From a virus (lineage: Duplodnaviria > Caudoviricetes), in IMG/VR virus record IMGVR_UViG_3300005670_000019: DNA of 64,000 nucleotides; one strand, written 5' to 3'. Position numbers and translations under genes: made by a program. Within the stretch, counting starts at the first letter, position 1. Every line of letters starts with the position of its first letter. Of the stretch, positions 48,427 through 58,107 are shown one piece after another. The notes under the pieces were generated by a model. The model was not told the origin of the DNA, made no database searches, and saw only the letters and a program-made list of their open reading frames with translations.

Positions 48427-49162
48427 TTCTATACAGTGAGGTAAATCTAAATCCGGCGTGCCACAGCTCGGTCGGAAATCCAACTTCACCGTAGTCTATT
48501 CCATCTATTTGATGCTCATACTTTACTGTTTGATTTCCTTTGTGAAACACCCCAATCGCTTCTTCGATTCGGCACAGTCGCATTTTTGTGGTAAAGTAAA
48601 AGCCGCCGTCGGTCCAATACTCACATTCTCTCATTTTTTTTCGAGCATTGCCCCGTGATGCTGTAGTTTTGTATTCGGCTATTACAGAAGTGGAGCCGGT
48701 TAGAGTAAATTCTCCAACGTAAATTATGTCTGGTGTTAGTTTGACCTTAGCAGCGTCGAACCAATCAATCTCATTTGAATAGAAATCTTCTTCAAAATGG
48801 GCAACATGAACATCATTTGAGAAGTTGCCAACAAACTCTTTCCACAAAGTCCAAAGTGCAGCGATTGTGCCACCCCAATTGTACATAAACAACATTTGAA
48901 GATCATTTGGAATGTGGCAGTCTCGAAACAGTTTGGTCAAGTCCTGTTCATAATCATCTAAATTATCAACAGAACAAACAATGACAGGAAGGACTTTCAA
49001 ACCTTGTTTTCTTAGTTTTGAGATTTGTTTGAGATGTCCAACAATATTTTTTGTTTTGTTTCTACTCAGATAGTAACAAACAGAATAGATCAAGTCATAT
49101 TCTTCATTGAAGTTGGCAAAACCTCCATTCCATTTATTCTCAATAAAATAGAGACTTCTCAT
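48404..49162 (-). CDS. Putative glycosyltransferase-like protein
   Basis: N.GG, HFEEDF (DxD-like), TDGGFYF; cluster context. Confidence 0.45.
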   Translation of the reverse strand: MRSLYFIENKWNGGFANFNEEYDLIYSVCYYLSRNKTKNIVGHLKQISKLRKQGLKVLPVIVCSVDNLDDYEQDLTKLFRDCHIPNDLQMLFMYNWGGTIAALWTLWKEFVGNFSNDVHVAHFEEDFYSNEIDWFDAAKVKLTPDIIYVGEFTLTGSTSVIAEYKTTASRGNARKKMRECEYWTDGGFYFTTKMRLCRIEEAIGVFHKGNQTVKYEHQIDGIDYGEVGFPTELWHAGFRFTSLYRNDFFIHH

Positions 49163-49166
49163 GAAA

Positions 49167-49175
49167 CTAAATATT
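49167..49175 (-). promoter_or_regulatory. Candidate late promoter (AATATTTAG) inside the glycan cluster
   Basis: Identical to the 9-mer at 20162; 4 nt upstream of ATG 49162; overlaps the upstream stop codon. Confidence 0.4.
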
Positions 49176-49586
49176 TGATTTTATCAAATCATCCCAGGAA
49201 ACATATTTGATTGTATCTGGATTGTTCGGATGCCATGCTTTTGAGGGACAATTAACGATTGTACCAATGGAGCTTCCACGAGAAACAAATCTTACAGGAA
49301 TGTTCTCTTCCAAAATCAACGTACTGTATTCTTGGGGACGTTCTTCATCATGAAGGTTGTATGTGCAAACAACTCCATTTACCAAAACCTCAATGTCAAC
49401 AGTTCCAGTGATTGCAGTCACAAAATACTTTCTTTCTTTGTGAAGAATTGGACCTTTGACTGTATTTGGAAGCATAGTTGTCACATACACCATTTTCGGG
49501 TCGTAATCTGGATGTTCCCAGTCTTTGAAGACAGGCATCATATCACCTTCTGGCGTTGAGATTTTCTTAGTTGAGAAGTATTTCAT
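49167..49586 (-). CDS. Cupin-fold NDP-sugar epimerase/isomerase (RmlC/WxcM-like)
   Basis: VYVTT..P..VKGP.LH, V.AI.G.V.I; cluster context. Confidence 0.65.
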   Translation of the reverse strand: MKYFSTKKISTPEGDMMPVFKDWEHPDYDPKMVYVTTMLPNTVKGPILHKERKYFVTAITGTVDIEVLVNGVVCTYNLHDEERPQEYSTLILEENIPVRFVSRGSSIGTIVNCPSKAWHPNNPDTIKYVSWDDLIKSNI

Positions 49587-50173
49587 AATCTGACAATAGA
49601 CATTCCAGGGAAACGTTCATCAATAACCGTGTAGGGAATTGTTGTTTCACAAATTGGTTTCTTGTTGTATTTGACCATCCACTCGATTTGATCTCGCTCA
49701 GGAGTTCCTCCTTCAAAAACCATTAGAGCTCCCTTTGTTTGAGGGCGGTCCTTCAACATGTCATACAACTTTTGAAGTTTGTCTCCATCATTTGAAATAT
49801 CAACATGAAGCAAATCAAACGGATCAGGATTTGCTGCCCAATCAAAGATGTCAAGTTCTCCAAGAGTAATCCAGTCACCTAAATTGTTTTCCAAAATTCG
49901 ATTTGAAACGGTTGCAAAATCTCCATGTTTGTGTTCATAGTTTTCCCAAAGGTCATATCCATAAACATGACCGCGGTTATTTAAAACAGAAACAGCTTTC
50001 CCTAACCAAAGTGTTGAGTACCCGTTCAGAACTCCAAACTCAATAACGATTTTTGGTTTCTCTTGGAGAACAAGAGAAGCAAGTTTCTTTCCCATTTCAT
50101 TTTGCGTATATGAGGATTCTAGGTGACGAAAAGGATCTGGTTCAATAAGATATGAATTATAATTTGCCATCAA
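49583..50173 (-). CDS. Class I SAM-dependent methyltransferase
   Basis: IEFGVLNGYST, GYDLW, FDLLHVDI. Confidence 0.82.
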   Translation of the reverse strand: MMANYNSYLIEPDPFRHLESSYTQNEMGKKLASLVLQEKPKIVIEFGVLNGYSTLWLGKAVSVLNNRGHVYGYDLWENYEHKHGDFATVSNRILENNLGDWITLGELDIFDWAANPDPFDLLHVDISNDGDKLQKLYDMLKDRPQTKGALMVFEGGTPERDQIEWMVKYNKKPICETTIPYTVIDERFPGMSIVRL

Positions 50174-50814
50174 ACTTCTCTTGTAACATTAGCAAAACTG
50201 TCATGCCAAAAACATGAAACCTTATCAACAACCTTCAAAGACTTATTCTTTGTTTTGATAAAGTGAAAAAGGTGATCTTCAATTGAAACCTTGTAATCAA
50301 CCATGGGCTGCAAATTTTCCTCAGACAAATATTCACAAAAATCATCTGTCTTCATAGAAAACAATCCAGTAAAAAATTGATTTTTGTTTGCCAAAGAAAA
50401 TATGTTGTCCGGGTGTTCTCTGAACTTCTTGAAGAAGGTGTCGTCTTTCAGAGTCAGTCTTGGCTCAAAATGAATGATGTAATCGTAATCTTGAAGCAAA
50501 CCCGAATTCTTCAAAAGAAGATAGTTTTCAACAATACCGGCACCCTTATTTTTTGAACCAAAAACATTGCTCTCTGTTGGAATAAAAAACCAATCATCTT
50601 TCCAGAGACTCAGAATTTCTGGTGGAATTTCATCCTTGTCCTTGACGGTATTTTCAATTAACAAAACGGAAAACTCATCATTGGGGAGAGTTTCACAGAC
50701 TTCTTTGAGTGCTTCAAACCCGTCGAGGAATTCTTGTTTCCTTTGTTTTCCCTGAGAATGGTACGGATTATTTGGTGGATTGAGAGTGAATAAACAAGTT
50801 ATTAGGGTTCTCAT
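50170..50814 (-). CDS. Putative glycosyltransferase-like protein
   Basis: IENT, NKGAG, YDYIIHFEPR, FFTGLF; ATGA coupling. Confidence 0.45.
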   Translation of the reverse strand: MRTLITCLFTLNPPNNPYHSQGKQRKQEFLDGFEALKEVCETLPNDEFSVLLIENTVKDKDEIPPEILSLWKDDWFFIPTESNVFGSKNKGAGIVENYLLLKNSGLLQDYDYIIHFEPRLTLKDDTFFKKFREHPDNIFSLANKNQFFTGLFSMKTDDFCEYLSEENLQPMVDYKVSIEDHLFHFIKTKNKSLKVVDKVSCFWHDSFANVTREV

Positions 50815-51683
50815 AACCAAACCTCTTGTTGTCCTGCTGTGTCACGATAGTCCATTGAGTCGACGTTTGAATAATCGTAATCCTTCAATCGAAAGTTTGT
50901 CCAGCCGCCGCAATAAGGACGTTCAAGAGAAACAGTTCCAGCAATTGCGTTGATGCCTGTTCCTACATCCAGAAACACAACGTTTCTTGGTGCATTTTTT
51001 CGAAGCCATCCCAACAAACCATTTTTAGTGTGTCCGATTCCAACAAGGAAAATTTTCGATGAGCACTTTTCTAACTGTTCCAGCACCATTTTTCGTGTTT
51101 GATAAATGTTGTCGCAAGCAAACTTTTCCGGGATACTAACGTAGTCTTCGAAGCGTTCAATTCCAAGATAGTTCTGATACTCTTCATGCTTCATCAGCTC
51201 TTGAATAAGTTTCATTTTTTCAGAACCGCCTAACAAACCGATCTTTCCACGAAACTGCTGAAAAACCCATCTCGATGTTACAGCAGCATAAGTAAACTCG
51301 GCAGCAAAATCAATTGGAGTTTCTGGAATTGCTTCAAAGAACTTCATTCTGTTTTCTGGATAGAGTTCAACAAGATAGTAATCGTTCAATCTAGCATCCT
51401 TCCGAATTTCATCCATTGGAAGTTCTGAATATGGTCTGGACAACGCTCGTTTACCAGGCGTAGCGGAACCATGTGAAATTTCTTTCAAGAAATAGTAATC
51501 ACCATCTCCAAACTTGTAGTAAGTTGTTGTGTATTCGTGATCTTCAGCAGCCCGAACATCAGCAATTAGATTTGATTTGAAATCTTCCCAGTTTTCTTGG
51601 AAATCTGGATCGCTTGCAGGATTGTTAAAACATGGATGCGTATCTCTTTGTTCTGTTCCTTCTATCTTATATTGATCAAGCAT
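50811..51683 (-). CDS. Putative GT-D-fold (DUF1792-like) glycosyltransferase
   Basis: YKFGDGD (cf. RFGDGE), LVGIG..K, FLDVG. Confidence 0.6.
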   Translation of the reverse strand: MLDQYKIEGTEQRDTHPCFNNPASDPDFQENWEDFKSNLIADVRAAEDHEYTTTYYKFGDGDYYFLKEISHGSATPGKRALSRPYSELPMDEIRKDARLNDYYLVELYPENRMKFFEAIPETPIDFAAEFTYAAVTSRWVFQQFRGKIGLLGGSEKMKLIQELMKHEEYQNYLGIERFEDYVSIPEKFACDNIYQTRKMVLEQLEKCSSKIFLVGIGHTKNGLLGWLRKNAPRNVVFLDVGTGINAIAGTVSLERPYCGGWTNFRLKDYDYSNVDSMDYRDTAGQQEVWL

Positions 51684-52305
51684 TCTTCACTCTCCAGATG
51701 CTAAGACTTTTACGCCACCAAGGATAGAATGCAGGGTTTTGATGACTACTTTCAAGTAGCTTGGCAGTTTGATTTTCAAGCAAATAAAACCCATTTTGCT
51801 CCATCATTTCACGGAACTGTTCAAACTTCATCGGGTTCAAATGTTGATGATTTGGATCATTTGCACGATCATGTTCACCGCCGGAATCCGACCAACTCAT
51901 AATGAGATACTTTCCTGTAAGCTTCTTGAGATTTTCCAAAAAGGCAGAAGTATATGCAGGGTCAATGTGTTCACCAACTTCAGTGCAAAGCACTATATCG
52001 AACTTGTCGTTTTCAGAAATCGGGTCGCGCATGTCATGGATAACGATCTCCTCGGTAATGGTAGATGGTGAAGCATCCTTATGGTATTGAAAATACTCAT
52101 ATCCTCGAACTTTACAATAAGGAAAACTTCTCTTGACCTCATTTATCAAATGTCCGGTTGCACATCCGACATCACAAAACGATTTGACTTTTTGAAAGTC
52201 AAAAACACCTGAGAGGGTTTTGTAAAAGGCAATGTATGGGGAAGGGTCTTTTCTAACTTCTTCGTCTTTTTGATATCTGTTTGTAATGTCAACTTTTTCA
52301 GTCAT
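51676..52305 (-). CDS. Class I SAM-dependent methyltransferase
   Basis: CDVGCATG, FDIVLCTEVGEHI, H.N; ATGA coupling at 52305. Confidence 0.88.
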   Translation of the reverse strand: MTEKVDITNRYQKDEEVRKDPSPYIAFYKTLSGVFDFQKVKSFCDVGCATGHLINEVKRSFPYCKVRGYEYFQYHKDASPSTITEEIVIHDMRDPISENDKFDIVLCTEVGEHIDPAYTSAFLENLKKLTGKYLIMSWSDSGGEHDRANDPNHQHLNPMKFEQFREMMEQNGFYLLENQTAKLLESSHQNPAFYPWWRKSLSIWRVKNA

Positions 52306-53330
52306 TTGAAACACTCCAAGTATCTTCCGGCTGCTTGAATTAGTGTATGGTGTTCAAGAATATATTGTCGAGGGTTGAACATTGACAACTTCAAGAAAAA
52401 ATCTTCAACATCTTTTTTTGATAAACTATTTCCAACAATTTTTCCACATCTTTCATCAAAAAAAGGAACAGATGTTGCTGGAGCATTATTTCCATTATAT
52501 TCCCAAACCGTTTTATCAAGAACAAAAATCGGAACATTCATACTGAGAATTTGCATAACAGCTATTCCTTGCGATTCTGTATTGTCCAACAGTACACAAA
52601 ATTGAGAGTTTTCACAAATTTCGTGCAGTTTTTCTGGTTTGTAATTCCCATATTCAATTACTTCCACATTCATTCCTTGATTTTTGAAAACTTGTTTTAC
52701 CAAACTGAGCTCTTCTCTTGTTCTACCTTTGAAATAAATAAAACAGTTCTGTTGAGATTTTGAGTTTCCAGAAGGTTTCCACATATCTGTATCAATTCCT
52801 GCGCTCCAAATTTTTAGCTCGGGAGATACAAATGTCGCGTCAATTTTTTTAATTTTTTCAAAATCTTTAACATATTTGTCATATACCCATTTTGATGGAA
52901 CAAGAAATGTTTTCAAACCTGAAATAATTTGGGGCATCTCTGATGGCAAAACACAGATATTAGGTCCTGCCACAATGTTATTTGTTTTTCTATCAATTAG
53001 ACTATTTGTTAATTGCAGAATTCCTAAATTAGGTGAGGTTGAAGTTACTTCAACGTTTAATTTCTGGAGTCCTTTCAATAAGGATTGAACGACTTGTCCC
53101 GGACCATTTACAGAGGAATTTGAATAGGATAAATTTACGTCTTTTTTCTTTGCACGAACATAAACAGCTTTGGCAAAATCAAAACTTTCAAACTCTAGTG
53201 AAGTTCTATAAAATCCATTCTTCCCAAAGAAATCATCTGCTTCTGATATTGATCTAACATTTTGAGAACCATTCAAACTAACAACAGTTTTGATTTGTTC
53301 ACTTAAATTATCAAGTATTGTTTCTGTCAT
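52302..53330 (-). CDS. Glycosyltransferase (GT-B-like)
   Basis: LVPSKWV, GIDT..W, ESQGIAVMQILSMNVPI. Confidence 0.8.
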   Translation of the reverse strand: MTETILDNLSEQIKTVVSLNGSQNVRSISEADDFFGKNGFYRTSLEFESFDFAKAVYVRAKKKDVNLSYSNSSVNGPGQVVQSLLKGLQKLNVEVTSTSPNLGILQLTNSLIDRKTNNIVAGPNICVLPSEMPQIISGLKTFLVPSKWVYDKYVKDFEKIKKIDATFVSPELKIWSAGIDTDMWKPSGNSKSQQNCFIYFKGRTREELSLVKQVFKNQGMNVEVIEYGNYKPEKLHEICENSQFCVLLDNTESQGIAVMQILSMNVPIFVLDKTVWEYNGNNAPATSVPFFDERCGKIVGNSLSKKDVEDFFLKLSMFNPRQYILEHHTLIQAAGRYLECFK

Positions 53331-54157
53331 ATTGATTTCATTTCGTATTTCATTTCAAAATGGACACTGGGAGTTTCAAGACCATTGAACGGCTCGTAAT
53401 CAATCTCAATTCCTTGGAGATACAGGTCGTTCAACTTTGAAAGCTGAGCTTCTTCAAGATTAGCATGACGGTTATTGAAAGTATCCTGAGTTCTGTTAGC
53501 AGGTACATTCACTAATTTTGCTTGATTGTATGCCAAAAGGAATGGATGCGGGATCGGATTCTGACTAAGAGCTGCTTCAAAAGAATTTGGATTCCAATAG
53601 TTCAATCTCTGAACTAATGGGAGGATTTCTTGTGTTCGAAACACGGTTCCATCTACAGACATTGGATAACCAAAATCCCCATCTTTCCCATGCCAAGCAT
53701 AACAAAAAAATCCTTCATTATGACTTTCAGGAACTTTCATTACTTGATCAATTGCATAACAATAAGTTTTTTGTGGGTCCAATCGTAAACTCAATCCGAG
53801 AATATCTTCGTCTTTTCGAAAGAAAAGAAATTCAGGATCATTCATAGAGAATTCATGTGTGAAAACAATGTCGTCAACCAAAAACATTGTAAATTCTCTG
53901 GTCGACTGAATTGCAGATATTGTGGCTTCCTTGAAGGAAGTCTGCTCTTCGTTTATCCATGAAACATATCCTGTTGCCTTATCTTTACGTCCCCATTTCT
54001 TTATGAGTTTTTTATAACCATCTACGAAGCTTTGATTACTTGCACGAAAAATTACAGTAACGTTTTGATAGTAAGGCTTGGCAAAATTCTTCTCTATTGA
54101 TCTGAGAAGGAGGTCAAGTTGTGCTGCACGGTCTTTTGAAAAGATTATAACATTCAT
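53327..54157 (-). CDS. Glycosyltransferase (GT-A-like)
   Basis: IIFSKDRAAQL..LL.S, MFLVDD, YPMSVDG. Confidence 0.75.
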   Translation of the reverse strand: MNVIIFSKDRAAQLDLLLRSIEKNFAKPYYQNVTVIFRASNQSFVDGYKKLIKKWGRKDKATGYVSWINEEQTSFKEATISAIQSTREFTMFLVDDIVFTHEFSMNDPEFLFFRKDEDILGLSLRLDPQKTYCYAIDQVMKVPESHNEGFFCYAWHGKDGDFGYPMSVDGTVFRTQEILPLVQRLNYWNPNSFEAALSQNPIPHPFLLAYNQAKLVNVPANRTQDTFNNRHANLEEAQLSKLNDLYLQGIEIDYEPFNGLETPSVHFEMKYEMKSI

Positions 54158-54378
54158 TTGTTACAATCTCCTTCATCATCAATTTCTTCACACATCATTT
54201 TGTACCAATCCCAAAGAGGTTTTCTTCTTTCCGCCATTCTGATGTATCTCTGTCTTTCTTTTTCACTTGGAGCTATTTGAGCTCTTTGATAAAGAATTGC
54301 GGGTGTAGCAAATTTATTTTCTTTGTACAGAGTTTCTCTCAAAGAATTTAGGAAATCTTTTTTTCCAATTGCCATCAT
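54154..54378 (-). CDS. Small hypothetical protein
   Basis: 74 aa, overlapping-stop coupling on both sides. Confidence 0.6.
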   Translation of the reverse strand: MMAIGKKDFLNSLRETLYKENKFATPAILYQRAQIAPSEKERQRYIRMAERRKPLWDWYKMMCEEIDDEGDCNK

Positions 54379-55124
54379 TTACCTTCCAACCAAGCATTGT
54401 TAGTGCTCGTATTTCTTCTATAGCAATAAAGCTTCTCTCGAAGAACTGAGGTTTTTTGAAGAAGTAACGTCAACTTTGTATTGTGATCACTATCTTCTGC
54501 CTTCTGACATCGGAGTCCAAGATTGCCTGGTAAGAACTTCATTCCATGGGTCCAGAGGGATTTGTAGAATACTGTGGAGGCTCCGTGAACTTCAAACTCT
54601 CCAGTGTAGTAGTGATTTACTCCAGGGGTATTGAAGCCCAAATGGACCGCGCGGACGACCGTTTGATGATCATCGATTGGAGCCATTGAAATGGGGTATT
54701 CAACTTTGTTGTTCTTGAACTTTGAAAGTGTTTCCTGATCAAAACAATGAACAAATCCACAAAGATTGTGGAATGAACCCATCTTGATCATTGTCGCAAC
54801 TTGACGCTCAATACGTTGAGGCATTGAAGCATCGTCAGCATCTTGAAGTGCAATTAATTCGCCTGTGGCTTGTTCAATGCCAACATTCAAAGCAAACCAT
54901 TTCCCACTGTTTTTTTCCAATGAAATGAGTTTGACAGGAAATGGTTTTTGATCATAATCTTCTTTCAACTTCTTCATCTTTTCAAGAGAGTCATCAGTTG
55001 AACCATCATCAACCATGATTATTTCAAGATTGTCATAAGTTTGATTGACAACAGAAAGAAATGCTTCCTCAAGATATTGAGAATGATTATAGTTTGTAAA
55101 GATAACTGATACTTTTTTACTCAC
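54375..55124 (-). CDS. Glycosyltransferase family 2
   Basis: VSVIFTNYN, VDDGSTD, ALNVGI, QDADD, AED. Confidence 0.93.
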   Translation of the reverse strand: MSKKVSVIFTNYNHSQYLEEAFLSVVNQTYDNLEIIMVDDGSTDDSLEKMKKLKEDYDQKPFPVKLISLEKNSGKWFALNVGIEQATGELIALQDADDASMPQRIERQVATMIKMGSFHNLCGFVHCFDQETLSKFKNNKVEYPISMAPIDDHQTVVRAVHLGFNTPGVNHYYTGEFEVHGASTVFYKSLWTHGMKFLPGNLGLRCQKAEDSDHNTKLTLLLQKTSVLREKLYCYRRNTSTNNAWLEGK

Positions 55125-56160
55125 TGTACCTTACTCCAAATTCTACATTACCACAAAATCCTTTGAAGGTTCTCTTGTTGCAATAAGAGAAAGAACTTTG
55201 CAATCCTCCCTCAACATTTTTTACAAAATCCGCAACAGTTTTTGAACACTCAACGGTTGTTTCTTTTCCTTCTGGAGTACATGAGACTTTGCCTTTGAAA
55301 TCGATCATGGCAGCAGCCGAAGCCATTCCACGATAAACAGGAGCGTGTCCTGTGGCAAATGCTTCTCGTCCTGCAACAGAATCCGAACACTCAGCAAAAA
55401 GCTTTCCAACCATTACCAAATCAGCTCCAGCTCCGATTGCTTTCGCAATATCTCCGATTTCACGGACACCACCATCGGCAATAATAACTCTATTGAATCC
55501 ATCAATTGAATCAAAGTCACGAATAGTTTTTACACATTCAACAACTGCCGTAAACTGTGGAACTGTTACACCAGTTACATTCTTCGTTGTACAAACTGCC
55601 CCAGGACCAACACCTATTTTGTATCCATCAACAAACTTGGAAAAATCGGAATCAAGAAAATAATGAACGGTTCTTGGATTTGCGAAGTTGCCAACAACAA
55701 CTTTGAAATCTTTTCCTTGTCCACTAACTTTTGAGAAGTCTTGTAGACGTTTCAACATCAACATTACATTCTGTGAGGCTCCATGGGCAATATCAATAAT
55801 AAACCATCTTGCCCCAACCTCATACAATTTCTTGAAGCGTTCCATTTCTTCAAGATTTGTTCCAATTGAACAAAAACATTCTTTGGTTTTATGGTGTTGT
55901 TTGAACAACAAATATTCTTTAATGTTGTCTTCAACTGACATGAATCGATGAAGTGCAGCAAGAGCGCCTGCATGTGTTGTGTAAACGGCAAAAGCTCCGT
56001 CTGTAACGGTATCCATATTTGCAGACACAATAGGAACCCTGACCTTTTTTCCCCACAGTTTTTGGGAAATGTCAACGTCCTTTCTTGACAAAACCTCAGA
56101 GAACTGAGGTTTGATAAACACGTTGTGATAATGATATGAGGGAGTTGAGTCAATTTTCAT
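55117..56160 (-). CDS. GMP reductase / IMP dehydrogenase family enzyme (no CBS domains)
   Basis: SANMDTV, IDIAHG, KIGVGPGAVCTT, IADGG, GDIAKA, YRGMAS, PEGK. Confidence 0.9.
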   Translation of the reverse strand: MKIDSTPSYHYHNVFIKPQFSEVLSRKDVDISQKLWGKKVRVPIVSANMDTVTDGAFAVYTTHAGALAALHRFMSVEDNIKEYLLFKQHHKTKECFCSIGTNLEEMERFKKLYEVGARWFIIDIAHGASQNVMLMLKRLQDFSKVSGQGKDFKVVVGNFANPRTVHYFLDSDFSKFVDGYKIGVGPGAVCTTKNVTGVTVPQFTAVVECVKTIRDFDSIDGFNRVIIADGGVREIGDIAKAIGAGADLVMVGKLFAECSDSVAGREAFATGHAPVYRGMASAAAMIDFKGKVSCTPEGKETTVECSKTVADFVKNVEGGLQSSFSYCNKRTFKGFCGNVEFGVRYSE

Positions 56161-57194
56161 TGTTTCTTCTTTTCGTCAACTAGTTTGATCCAATCAAGAA
56201 TGAACTTCGGGTGTGAAATGTTTTGTTTCTTGAATTTTTCAAAAGAAAGTGATGGTCTGTTTGACCCATTCCATTTGTCGTGAAAAATCCAACCGCCTGT
56301 TTCCTTCTCTAGTCGAAGACCTAACTCAACTATCTCACTGTCTTGCATATCATTCAATGACTTGTCAGCAAATGGATTCCAGTTCGGATCTCTATTTTCG
56401 TTATAAAGTGACTTCCATGAATTGTTCCAAAAATATTTGTATTTCAAAATTTTCTCAGGAATAGAATACCAAGAATAATGAAATACGCCTGGAGTATTTT
56501 TCATCATTGAAACATAATCATGAACAAGAATTTCTTCATTTGCTTGAAATGGATTTTGTAAAAAGTTTTGCCTATGAAGTTCAACTTGTTGTGGATATGT
56601 TGACATCATTGAAACTGGATTCATTGAAGTATCGATATAATCACATCCGTCTGTTCCGTGCTTTGCGTACAGAAGTCCGTCTTCAATTTTGATAAGAGCT
56701 TTCGGAATACCATGAGTAATGTTCTTGTCGTTTATTGACATTCGCGGCTTCCAAGGATTTATGTCAGCACGGATCTTATCTGGACCCCAAAACTCGATCA
56801 CAGGCAAAATCAAAAGTTTTGGGGAAGTTGGGTTTGCCTGAACTGACGTCAAAAACTGCTGTGCAATTTCACGAATGATTGGTCCATGGTCTTCATGAAC
56901 AATCTCATCAGCGTCCATTTGCCAAAGAACATCACCAGTACAATAGCTGCGCGCCATTGCCTTTGTCTGTCCATCATAAATTCCATGATTTGGTGCGTCC
57001 CAAGGAATTTCCACATCCACAATAATCAACTTTGGATCATCAATAGAATTGAGAGCATCAATAGTGTCTTGACAATCTGAACTGTCAAGAACCACAACTT
57101 CATCACAGAAAGAGAGCATTGATTTGATGCTCTCTAAAAATGGATAACCCATTGATTTTGCATTACGTATTGTTGTATAACCAGATAATTTCAT
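56157..57194 (-). CDS. Glycosyltransferase family 2-like
   Basis: SGYT.IRN...GYPFLESI.S, DEVVVLD, QMDADE, FHYSW. Confidence 0.85.
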   Translation of the reverse strand: MKLSGYTTIRNAKSMGYPFLESIKSMLSFCDEVVVLDSSDCQDTIDALNSIDDPKLIIVDVEIPWDAPNHGIYDGQTKAMARSYCTGDVLWQMDADEIVHEDHGPIIREIAQQFLTSVQANPTSPKLLILPVIEFWGPDKIRADINPWKPRMSINDKNITHGIPKALIKIEDGLLYAKHGTDGCDYIDTSMNPVSMMSTYPQQVELHRQNFLQNPFQANEEILVHDYVSMMKNTPGVFHYSWYSIPEKILKYKYFWNNSWKSLYNENRDPNWNPFADKSLNDMQDSEIVELGLRLEKETGGWIFHDKWNGSNRPSLSFEKFKKQNISHPKFILDWIKLVDEKKKQ

Positions 57195-57200
57195 ATGACC

Positions 57201-58088
57201 TCAAGTGCAGTCTGATGTTCGTTTGAACTGACAATATTTGCAAGAGTTTCTATTTTTCAGATAGAGTTTCTTGTTGAGAATGCTCAAATGCTTTTTGAGA
57301 CTTTCAAGAGCTTTCGTTATTGAACCATCTCCAAGAGAAACAGGAACGATTTCAAAAGGCTCGGCGTCGGGCTTGACAATTCGCTTTACAAGTACGAACG
57401 AACATTTGATATCACTATATGGAACATTGTACTTTTGAGAAAGATAATGCTTATAGAATGCAAGTTGCTTCAACTTGGCAAAATCTTGTTTCTTTTCCCT
57501 TGTCCAACCCCATGAAGTAGTTTTCCAGTCGATAACCAAATAGTAATGACCTTCGGCAGGCTTCTTACTTCCTTTTCGTGGCTTCTTTGGAAGCTTCAAT
57601 ACACAGTCAATATAACCCTTGAAGAACCTATTCTTCAACTCAGGAACTTCTTCAAAAAGAGGAATTTCAACTCCAACCACTTCTGCATCTGGATAGTTCT
57701 TTTTGAACCATTCTGGAAATGCTGTAAGGGCACGGACAGCAGCCTGGAAGTAATCTTCCACTTCTTCGTCTTTGTACTCAAGTTCTGTCTCTTTTAGAGC
57801 TTCAAGGAACTTTTGTTTTTCCTCAACTTTCTGTTCCTCTGTTTGCATTGGTTCAACAGAGTTTAGAAGGTAGTTCTCTATGTTTGAGTGAATCATTTTT
57901 CCATACGCTGTGTGAATATTACCCTTGTCATTTCCAAGTTTCTTCACATAAACAAGCATATGCTTCCACGAACATTCTTCATGGACAGTAAGCTCTGAGA
58001 ACGATGTGTGGGCTTTTTCGGTTGGCAATAGATCAGTTTCATCAATAACCGGCAGATGAACCTTTTGATCTTTTTCTTGGTTTTCCAT
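57201..58088 (-). CDS. PD-(D/E)xK exonuclease (Cas4/AddB-like, 4-Cys cluster)
   Basis: SFSEL...EC, G.MIH, VE, KGYID, IDWKT, QL.FY, C-terminal CKYC.F...C. Confidence 0.88.
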   Translation of the reverse strand: MENQEKDQKVHLPVIDETDLLPTEKAHTSFSELTVHEECSWKHMLVYVKKLGNDKGNIHTAYGKMIHSNIENYLLNSVEPMQTEEQKVEEKQKFLEALKETELEYKDEEVEDYFQAAVRALTAFPEWFKKNYPDAEVVGVEIPLFEEVPELKNRFFKGYIDCVLKLPKKPRKGSKKPAEGHYYLVIDWKTTSWGWTREKKQDFAKLKQLAFYKHYLSQKYNVPYSDIKCSFVLVKRIVKPDAEPFEIVPVSLGDGSITKALESLKKHLSILNKKLYLKNRNSCKYCQFKRTSDCT

Positions 58089-58107
58089 ATTTCTCTATTC
58101 TATCAGA

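Noticed and set aside
57201-58088. Cas4-like gene as a CRISPR-Cas locus
   Set aside because: No repeat-spacer array or other cas genes seen in the window.
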